DNA of 64,000 nucleotides, from positions 64,001 through 128,000 of the IMG/VR virus record IMGVR_UViG_3300036985_002246, one strand, 5' to 3'. A program made the translations under genes and the position numbers. This DNA comes from a virus. Below, piece after piece: positions 17,333-23,530 of the stretch. Every line of letters begins with the position of its first letter. The stretch's first letter is position 1. Below the pieces are notes generated by a model. That model made no database searches. It saw only the letters and a list, made by a program, of their open reading frames with translations, and was not told the origin of the DNA.

Positions 17333-17405
17333 GTCCCCGTAGCTCAGTCGGAAGAGCGGTGGCCTTCTAAGCCGCTGGTCGGGGGTTCAACTCCCTCCGG
17401 GGACG
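17333..17405 (+). tRNA. tRNA-Arg(TCT)
   Basis: GTGGC-CT-TCT-AA-GCCGC arm. Confidence 0.9.
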
Positions 17406-17408
17406 CTG

Positions 17409-17529
17409 AGTCGGTTGAGAGGTGGGGCGGCGAGTACGCCGAAGTCATGTCGCGATAGGCAGGCGAGTAGGGACGATGCGGTGCGCGATCTGCGTCCATC
17501 CCGTTCTCGCCCTCACCTCTGAGCCGATT
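17409..17529 (+). ncRNA. unidentified structured RNA with ~20-bp closing stem
   Basis: AGTCGGTT..AGAGGTGGGGC pairs with GCCCTCACCTCT..AGCCGATT; internal branches. Confidence 0.4.
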
Positions 17530-17540
17530 GGGTTTGTCAC

Positions 17541-17613
17541 GTCCGCGTAGTGAAACTGGATATCACGCATCTCTACGAAAGATGTAATGGGGGTTCGAGT
17601 CCCTCCGTGGACG
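17541..17613 (+). tRNA. tRNA-Arg(ACG)
   Basis: CATCT-CT-ACG-AA-AGATG arm. Confidence 0.9.
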
Positions 17614-17619
17614 CTATCT

Positions 17620-17692
17620 GTCTCCATAGTGAAATTGGACATCACGCTTCCCTCCGAAGGAAGTGATGGAGGTTCGAGTCCTCCTGGAGACG
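17620..17692 (+). tRNA. tRNA-Arg(CCG)
   Basis: CTTCC-CT-CCG-AA-GGAAG arm. Confidence 0.9.
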
Positions 17693-17699
17693 CTATCTT

Positions 17700-17771
17700 C
17701 CCACCGACCAGCGGGTCTGGAGACGCGCCTCATAAGCGTGCTCGCGTGCGGTTCGAGTCCGCCCGGTGGGA
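17700..17771 (+). tRNA. tRNA-Met/Ile2(CAT), short D arm
   Basis: CCCACCG/CGGTGGG acceptor, loop CT-CAT-AA. Confidence 0.75.
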
Positions 17772-17779
17772 CTGTTTCT

Positions 17780-17853
17780 CGGGGTGTAGCTCAGTCTGGC
17801 AGAGCGCCCGGTTCGGGACCGGGAGGCCGCAGGTTCAAATCCTGTCACCCCGA
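17780..17853 (+). tRNA. tRNA-Pro(CGG)
   Basis: CCCGG-TT-CGG-GA-CCGGG arm. Confidence 0.9.
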
Positions 17854-17862
17854 CTACGACAT

Positions 17863-17936
17863 GGGACGGTAGTTCAATCGGTCAGAACTCCCGGCTCATA
17901 ACCGGGCCGGTGGGGGTTCAAATCCCTCCCGTCCTA
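17863..17936 (+). tRNA. tRNA-Met/Ile2(CAT)
   Basis: CCCGG-CT-CAT-AA-CCGGG arm. Confidence 0.85.
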
Positions 17937-17945
17937 CTGCAACTT

Positions 17946-18017
17946 GCCCGGTTAGCTCAGCGGCAGAGCGGCGGCCTTACAAGCCGTAGGTCGAGGTCTC
18001 GGAATCCTCACCGGGCA
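17946..18017 (+). tRNA. tRNA-Val(TAC), atypical T loop
   Basis: GCGGC-CT-TAC-AA-GCCGT arm; T arm GAGG-TCTCGGAAT-CCTC. Confidence 0.8.
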
Positions 18018-18085
18018 CTACCGGACGGGGTCTGCCCTGGGAACTCCTCAGGGCAGACCTCGATCTTGGACTCAGGTTCGTTCTC

Positions 18086-18168
18086 GGGGGTGTGGCGGAA
18101 TGGCAGACGCGCCAGACTAAGGATCTGGTGGTAGAAATACCGTGGGGGTTCGACTCCCCCCACCCCCA
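18086..18168 (+). tRNA. tRNA-Leu(AAG)
   Basis: CCAGA-CT-AAG-GA-TCTGG arm, long variable arm. Confidence 0.85.
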
Positions 18169-18184
18169 CAACTTTGCAGCCCCT

Positions 18185-18271
18185 GCCGGGGTGGTGGAAC
18201 TAGGCAGACACACTGGACTCAGAATCCAGCGGCCCTTCGTGGCCATGAGGGTTCGATTCCCTCTCCCGGCA
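18185..18271 (+). tRNA. tRNA-Leu(CAG)
   Basis: CTGGA-CT-CAG-AA-TCCAG arm, long variable arm. Confidence 0.9.
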
Positions 18272-18287
18272 CTCAGTTTCGTGGTAT

Positions 18288-18373
18288 GCGGGTGTGGCGG
18301 AATGGCAGACGCACCGGCTTCAAACCCCGGCGGGGTAACACCCATGAGGGTTCGACTCCCTCCGCCCGCACCA
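18288..18373 (+). tRNA. tRNA-Leu(CAA)
   Basis: loop TT-CAA-AC, long variable arm, CCA encoded. Confidence 0.9.
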
Positions 18374-18436
18374 ATCTTTCGCTGTCAGCTTCCCAACCCT
18401 CCAACGTCTTCAACCCAAAGGAAAGGCAGGTAGACC

Positions 18437-18967
18437 GTGTTGCAAACACTCGTTCTGGACCAGGGCTACCAGCCTCACCGCATTGTGAGTTGGCAGCGTG
18501 CGGTGTGTATGTGGTGGGAGGGGAAGTGCGAGGTCGTCGAGGAGTACGACGACGACATTCGCAGCGTGACCCTCACGATCAAGATGCCCGCCGTCGTCCG
18601 CCTCCTCCACCGGGTTCGGGGGAAGAAGCAGGCCGTCAAGTTCTCCCGGATCAACGTCGCGACCAGGGACAAGTTCACCTGTCAGTACTGCGGGCTGAAG
18701 CTCCCCCTCTCGAAGCTCACCTACGACCACGTCGTGCCTCGCTCTCACGGAGGCCGGACGGTCTGGGAGAACATTGTCATGGCGTGCTACCCTTGCAACG
18801 AGGCGAAGGCCAACCGCACCCCGGCTCAGGCAAAGATGCCCCTCCGCAAGGTGCCGGTGAAGCCTGAGCACCTCCCAGTCGTGACCATGCGGTTCTCGGT
18901 CGCGAGCGTCCCCGACGCCTGGGTCTCGTATATCTACTGGAATGGTGCCCTCGACGAGGGCTCCTGA
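18437..18967 (+). CDS. McrA-like HNH endonuclease
   Basis: LVLDQGYQP..FSRINVATRDKFTCQYCG..TYDHVVPRSHGG..WENIVMACYPCNEAK. Confidence 0.85.
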   Translation: MLQTLVLDQGYQPHRIVSWQRAVCMWWEGKCEVVEEYDDDIRSVTLTIKMPAVVRLLHRVRGKKQAVKFSRINVATRDKFTCQYCGLKLPLSKLTYDHVVPRSHGGRTVWENIVMACYPCNEAKANRTPAQAKMPLRKVPVKPEHLPVVTMRFSVASVPDAWVSYIYWNGALDEGS

Positions 18968-19131
18968 TCCGGTAGGGAAATCCCCGCCGACGCTGGACGC
19001 CGAACTTCCGGCGTCGGCGGGGACTCCAACTCAATCTTCCGGACGACCTCTGGGTCGGCAAATGCACGGGCGGGGCGGCGTCCGTGGGAAGAAACGATCG
19101 CCAGGTGACTGGTGGTCCGACCCGCCCTCTC

Positions 19132-19644
19132 TCATGTCCCGCGTCTCTTCGTTCGCTTGCGGTGACAGTTGGAGCAAACCAGTTCGCACTTCGCGAGTTC
19201 TTCGCAGATGCGTTCCCAGCTTCTCTTCATCATGATCGACCAATCCATCTTCTTGTCATAGAGGTGGTCGAAGTCGTAGATGACCGGATCATCCACACGG
19301 TCGCAATCGGTGCATTTCCCTCCGAGGTGGGCGACGGCGCGGATCTTGACGGCTCGGTTCTTCTCGTTGCCAAGTTCGTTTTGGCAAGGCTTGCAGTAAG
19401 ATTGCAGTTCTGTGCGTGTCTTGTTCCGCCAACGGAAGCTCTGACTTTCCTTGACGGTTTTGCACTTGCTGCATTGTTTGGGTGGGAAGTTCTGGTACTC
19501 CGACGCCATTCGTACCAGTCGATTCCGGTAGCACGTTGCCCCACAGAACCTAGACCCAGCGGATCGATTCCGGTTTTTCTTGGCGCGGAGATCAAAAGGC
19601 AGCAAGCACGTCTCGCAGACATGACTCTCGTTAGGTGTGCCCAT
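19132..19644 (-). CDS. HNH endonuclease, same family as 14300..14725
   Basis: CSKC/CKPC pairs, GGKCTDC..YDFDHL..KCELVCSNCHRKRT. Confidence 0.85.
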   Translation of the reverse strand: MGTPNESHVCETCLLPFDLRAKKNRNRSAGSRFCGATCYRNRLVRMASEYQNFPPKQCSKCKTVKESQSFRWRNKTRTELQSYCKPCQNELGNEKNRAVKIRAVAHLGGKCTDCDRVDDPVIYDFDHLYDKKMDWSIMMKRSWERICEELAKCELVCSNCHRKRTKRRGT

Positions 19645-19657
19645 ACCCTAACGAGAG
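19625..19657 (-). promoter_or_regulatory. 11-bp inverted repeat enclosing the HNH start codon
   Basis: CTCTCGTTAGG-N11-CCTAACGAGAG with ATG in the loop; TTGACC-N18-TATACC on the - strand just upstream (19657-19686). Confidence 0.55.
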
Positions 19658-19711
19658 GTATAGACTGAAAGTGGACTTCTGGTCAATCTTCGGGTTGGCT
19701 CACGGGCGGCA

Positions 19712-19794
19712 CCGAGCAGCGCCCGTACTGCGAACGGACCGGTCCGTTCGGAGGAGAGACAGTGGGGAGGACGCTCCCCTCAGTTCTGCTCGGA
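19712..19794 (+). ncRNA. acceptor-stem-closed RNA containing a 20-bp perfect palindrome
   Basis: CCGAGCAG/CTGCTCGG plus A-CT; CGAACGGACCGGTCCGTTCG. Confidence 0.35.
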
Positions 19795-19798
19795 CTAT

Positions 19799-19873
19799 CG
19801 GGGTGTGGCTCAACCTGGTTAGAGCACTCGCCTGGGGGGCGAGGGACTGCTGGTTCAAATCCAGTCACCCCGA
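19799..19873 (+). tRNA. tRNA-Pro(GGG)
   Basis: CTCGC-CT-GGG-GG-GCGAG arm. Confidence 0.9.
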
Positions 19874-19939
19874 CTAGGGCCATGGCCCGAAGGTTCGTGA
19901 GGCTTGGAGTCCGTGGCTAGGAGGCCACGCTTCGTTGCC

Positions 19940-20006
19940 GTCGTGAGAGTGCGTGGAGCACGCCTGGCAAGATCCAGGAGGTCTGGTTCAACTCCGGATA
20001 GCGACG
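19940..20006 (+). ncRNA. tRNA-shaped RNA with 6-nt anticodon loop (pseudo-tRNA)
   Basis: D arm GTGC/GCAC, CCTGG-CAAGAT-CCAGG, T arm TCTGG-TTCAACT-CCGGA. Confidence 0.55.
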
Positions 20007-20053
20007 AACGACGTTGAGGTGTGTGCAACACGCCAGGCTGAGCGAACTGTCTT

Positions 20054-20138
20054 GGAAGGTGACCCGGTCAGGGACCGGCCTCGGTTGCTAACCGAAGGGC
20101 ACCCGCAAGGGTGTGGGGATCGATACCTCCTCCTTCCG
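20054..20138 (+). tRNA. tRNA-Ser(GCT)
   Basis: loop TT-GCT-AA, long variable arm, G73, T loop ATCGATA. Confidence 0.85.
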
Positions 20139-20146
20139 CTGTGAAT

Positions 20147-20232
20147 GGAAGCTGAATCGGTGACGGCACCGAGCCTGCCTCGAAAGCAGTGCGCGCCTGC
20201 AAGGGCGTGGGGGTCGGGTCCTCCTGCTTCCG
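20147..20232 (+). tRNA. tRNA-Ser(CGA)
   Basis: loop CT-CGA-AA, long variable arm, T loop GTCGGGT. Confidence 0.8.
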
Positions 20233-20236
20233 CTAT

Positions 20237-20360
20237 GAGTCGTGCTTGGTGCTGGGGAAGCTAGCTCCCGCCTTCGGGTTCGATTCCCGACGGGTGTGAC
20301 GAATGGGGTCATGCCTAGAACTGGCAAGGAAGAGGGTTCGATCCCCTCGCGACTCACCCA
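20237..20360 (+). ncRNA. tRNA-like RNA with two T arms
   Basis: GAGTCGT/GCGACTC acceptor; TCGGG-TTCGATT-CCCGA and GAGGG-TTCGATC-CCCTC. Confidence 0.55.
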
Positions 20361-20364
20361 ACTT

Positions 20365-20447
20365 GGAAGACGAATCAGCCAGGGGCTGAGCCCGCCTTGA
20401 AAGCGGTGCGGTCCGAAAGGACTGGGGATCGGGACCTCCGTCTTCCG
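20365..20447 (+). tRNA. tRNA-Ser(TGA)
   Basis: loop CT-TGA-AA, long variable arm, T loop ATCGGGA. Confidence 0.8.
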
Positions 20448-20460
20448 CTGCGGTCTGCTT

Positions 20461-20545
20461 GGAAGGTGAACCGGTCCGGGATCGGCCCCGCTTGGAAAGC
20501 GGTGGGTGCCTGCAAGGGCATGGGGTTCAACTCCCTCTCCTTCCG
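20461..20545 (+). tRNA. tRNA-Ser(GGA)
   Basis: loop TT-GGA-AA, long variable arm. Confidence 0.9.
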
Positions 20546-20547
20546 CT

Positions 20548-20707
20548 ACACGAGACTCAGGCGGGTTGCTGTCGAGCCTCTACGTCGGTGCGGCGGGAAC
20601 TGATCAGCCTGCGGAGCCGTCGCGGACAACGCTTCTAAGCAAGGCGTTTGGCACTGGTTCGCAAACAGACCCATGGGTTCATGGCCTGTGGTGCTGGGGT
20701 CTCGTGT
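20548..20707 (+). ncRNA. unidentified ~160-nt structured RNA
   Basis: ACACGAGACTC/GGGTCTCGTGT terminal stem fills the whole gap between two tRNAs. Confidence 0.4.
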
Positions 20708-20710
20708 TTT

Positions 20711-20782
20711 GCGGGTGTAGCTCAGTGGTAGAGCAGTGCGTTGCCAACGCAAAGATCGCTGGTTCGATCCCAGTCACCCGCT
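20711..20782 (+). tRNA. tRNA-Gly(GCC)
   Basis: loop TT-GCC-AA. Confidence 0.9.
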
Positions 20783-20843
20783 CTCAATCTCGAAGGAGTC
20801 CCGCTCAGTTTTCAGAGCCCAGAGCGTAAGGGAGGGTATCACC

Positions 20844-22475
20844 ATGGCAAACAAGAGTCTGTTCGCGTCCGCTTCGGCGGGTCGGTCCGCACCGGCAGCC
20901 GACACTGTCAACTCCGCAGGGGGCCTCGCCTACAAGGCTGGCTCGAAGGAGGCGCTCGCCCAGTACGTCGCGACTGGCTGCCTCGGCGCGACCTTCTACG
21001 CCTCGGCGGAGGAGCAGTTGGACGAGATCCTGAAGCTCGCTTCAGGGGTCGATCCCGAGTTCGTCGCGAAGGCGGCGGTCTACGGGCGTCGGTCGGCCTT
21101 CATGAAGGACGCCCCGGCGCTCCTGCTCGCTCACCTGACCATGCGTGGTCCGGAGGGTCTGGCTGCGCTCAAGGCGGCCTTCCCGCGAGTGATCGACAAC
21201 CCGAAGATGCTCCGGACCTTCGTCCAGATCATGCGCTCGGGGCGTGTCGGTCGGAAGTCCCTCGGCACCGCCCCGAAGAAGCTGATCGAGGCGTGGTTCG
21301 AGGCTCGCACCGACGTGCAGCTTTTCCGGGCAACCGGAGACAAGCCGTCGCTGGCCGACGTAGTAAAGATGGTCCACCCAAAGCCCTCGAACGAGGCTCG
21401 GAAGGCCCTCTACGCCCTGCTGATCGGCAGGAAGTACGACCTCGACGCCTGCGACGCTCTCGTGCAGGAGTTCGCGGCATGGAAGAAGGACCCGTCGCGT
21501 CCGGTCCCGGACGTGCCGTTCCTCATGCTCACGAGCGCGGAACTCTCGAAGTCCCAGTGGGCGTCGATCGCCCGGTCGGCCAACTGGCAGACGGCTCGCA
21601 TGAACCTCAACACGTTCCTGCGGCACGGGGTCTTCGAGGACAAGAGCATGGTCAAGCTGATCGCAGCGAAGCTCCGTGACGAGTCCGAGATCGCTCGGGC
21701 GCGGGTCTTCCCGTACCAGCTTCTGATCGCGTACCGGCACACGTCGGGTGTCCCGGTCGAGATCTCCAATGCGTTGCAGGACGCCATGGAGATCGCGACC
21801 AAGAACGTCCCGGCGATCGAGGGTGACGTGGCTGTGTTCCCGGACGTGTCCGGGTCCATGGCGAGCCCGGTCACGGGTCAGCGCGGCTCGGCAACCACCC
21901 AGGTGGCTTGCCGTGACGTGGCAGCCCTGGTCGCGGCAACGATCCTTCGGCGCAACCCGTCGGCTCGGGTCATTCCCTTCAAGGAGGAAGTGGTCAAGCT
22001 GCGGCTCAACCCGAAGGACTCGATCGTCACGATCGCGGACCAGATTGCGAAGATTGGACCCGGCGGCACCAACTGCTCGGCCCCGCTCCGCTCCCTGAAC
22101 CACGAGAAGGCGAAGGCCGACCTGATCGTCTACGTCTCGGACAACGAGTCGTGGATGGACCCCAACGTCCGGCACAACCCGTACACCTCCGGCCACACGT
22201 CGTCCCCGACGGCCACAATGACCGAGTGGGAGGCGTTCCGCACCAGGAGCCCGAAGGCGAAAATGGTCTGTATCGATCTCGCCCCGAACGGCTCACGTCA
22301 GGCCCCGACCCGCGAGGACATTCTCAACGTCGGAGGCTTCTCCGACGAGGTCTTCACCCTCATGAACGAGTTCCACAAGGGATCCGGTCGTGACCACTGG
22401 GTGAGGAAGATCGAGTCAGCTTCGTTCGACCGTGCTCCGGTACCGGTCGTGGTCGAGGCGGCTCAGGCTCTGTAA
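20844..22475 (+). CDS. rsr: Ro60/Rsr (TROVE + vWA domain) RNA-binding protein
   Basis: DTVNSAGGLAY, EALAQYVATG, MKDAPALLLAHL, SLADVVKMVHPKP, RMNLNTF, RVFPYQ and MIDAS-like DVSGSM..GGTNC..SDNESW motifs. Confidence 0.9.
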   Translation: MANKSLFASASAGRSAPAADTVNSAGGLAYKAGSKEALAQYVATGCLGATFYASAEEQLDEILKLASGVDPEFVAKAAVYGRRSAFMKDAPALLLAHLTMRGPEGLAALKAAFPRVIDNPKMLRTFVQIMRSGRVGRKSLGTAPKKLIEAWFEARTDVQLFRATGDKPSLADVVKMVHPKPSNEARKALYALLIGRKYDLDACDALVQEFAAWKKDPSRPVPDVPFLMLTSAELSKSQWASIARSANWQTARMNLNTFLRHGVFEDKSMVKLIAAKLRDESEIARARVFPYQLLIAYRHTSGVPVEISNALQDAMEIATKNVPAIEGDVAVFPDVSGSMASPVTGQRGSATTQVACRDVAALVAATILRRNPSARVIPFKEEVVKLRLNPKDSIVTIADQIAKIGPGGTNCSAPLRSLNHEKAKADLIVYVSDNESWMDPNVRHNPYTSGHTSSPTATMTEWEAFRTRSPKAKMVCIDLAPNGSRQAPTREDILNVGGFSDEVFTLMNEFHKGSGRDHWVRKIESASFDRAPVPVVVEAAQAL

Positions 22476-22510
22476 CCGGACGGGGTGGGCAACCACCCCG
22501 GACCGTCTCT

Positions 22511-22582
22511 GCCGGTGATGCTCAATGGCCGAGCACCTGTTTCGTAAGCAGGACCCTGCGGGTTCGATTCCCGCCACCGGCT
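22511..22582 (+). tRNA. tRNA-Thr(CGT)
   Basis: CCTGT-TT-CGT-AA-GCAGG arm. Confidence 0.9.
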
Positions 22583-22623
22583 CTCAGATTTCTGCTCTAC
22601 TGCAACCTGTTCCGGAACCGTCT

Positions 22624-22695
22624 GCCTCCATAGCTCAGTGGTAGAGCACCTGCCTTGTAAGCAGGGGGTCGTGGGTTCAATTCCCATCGGAGGCT
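22624..22695 (+). tRNA. tRNA-Thr(TGT)
   Basis: CCTGC-CT-TGT-AA-GCAGG arm. Confidence 0.9.
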
Positions 22696-22702
22696 CTGAT
22701 TT

Positions 22703-22774
22703 GGCCCGTTCGTCTATCGGTCAGGATGCTGGACCTTCACTCCGGCGAGGCGGGTTCAACTCCCGCACGGGTCA
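22703..22774 (+). tRNA. tRNA-Glu(TTC)
   Basis: CTGGA-CC-TTC-AC-TCCGG arm (C33). Confidence 0.85.
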
Positions 22775-22778
22775 CTAC

Positions 22779-22849
22779 TCGGGGATCGTCCAAAGGCAGG
22801 ACAGCGGCCTTTGAAGCCGTGAATCCGGGTTCGAGTCCCGGTCCCCGAA
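22779..22849 (+). tRNA. tRNA-Gln(TTG)
   Basis: GCGGC-CT-TTG-AA-GCCGT arm. Confidence 0.9.
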
Positions 22850-22900
22850 CTACGTTTTCTCCGGGCACCGGGCAGGGGTCGTCGGCGTAAGGTTCCGACC

Positions 22901-23530
22901 ATGGGCTCTGTCGTTATCTTCCACGGTCCTGGTGCTGAGGGCGCAGCACACGACGCAGCCCGCAATCATGGGCTCGTCGTGCCCTTCAGGAACTCCGGGG
23001 AGGCCCTGAAGAAGGACGACGCCCGAGACCTGGTGGAACTGCTCAGCCAGACGCCTGTGGGCTCGAAGGCTTGGGCGGTGGCGGTAGGCCCGCTCGACGA
23101 GATCTCCGCAGCCGTCTCTGACGTGCTCCTCAAGACGCTGGAGGAGTTCAATCCGAGCGGGACCCGCCCCTTCCTGTGGGCTCGCGACCTGGGGGGTGTC
23201 TCCTCCACGATCAAGTCCCGGTGCCTGAACGAGTTCGTGCCGGGGGTGGACGAGCGGATCGAGTCGAGCCGCTACCAGGCTGAGAAGCTCCTCTCCGCGT
23301 ACATTCAGAAGAACTGGACCGACCTCGTCACCGAGTTGAAGGAGTCCAAGGGCGACGAGGAGTTCGTCCTCCTCGCTGTCGTGGAGGTGCTCCAATCTCG
23401 TCTCGGGGAGGACGCGATCCGAGACGACCTCCTCGACCTGTGGGCTTCCCTTCGGAGCCTCTTCCAGGTGCGCGACGCACCCCTCACTCCGGCGCGTGTC
23501 CTCGCCGCGTTCCTCAGGCGGGCAGCATGA
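22901..23530 (+). CDS. holB: DNA polymerase III delta'-like clamp loader subunit (short)
   Basis: VIFHGP, DDARDL, LDEISAAVSDVLLKTLEE, STIKSRC resemble HolB. Confidence 0.6.
   Translation: MGSVVIFHGPGAEGAAHDAARNHGLVVPFRNSGEALKKDDARDLVELLSQTPVGSKAWAVAVGPLDEISAAVSDVLLKTLEEFNPSGTRPFLWARDLGGVSSTIKSRCLNEFVPGVDERIESSRYQAEKLLSAYIQKNWTDLVTELKESKGDEEFVLLAVVEVLQSRLGEDAIRDDLLDLWASLRSLFQVRDAPLTPARVLAAFLRRAA

Noticed and set aside
18027-18060. Strong hairpins at 18027-18060 and 18983-19026 as separate ncRNAs
   Set aside because: They are simple stems without further features; processing or termination signals explain them equally well.
13969-22849. Stop-codon reassignment
   Set aside because: No CTA, TTA or TCA anticodons were found, and TAG, TGA and TAA all end recognisable genes at sensible positions.
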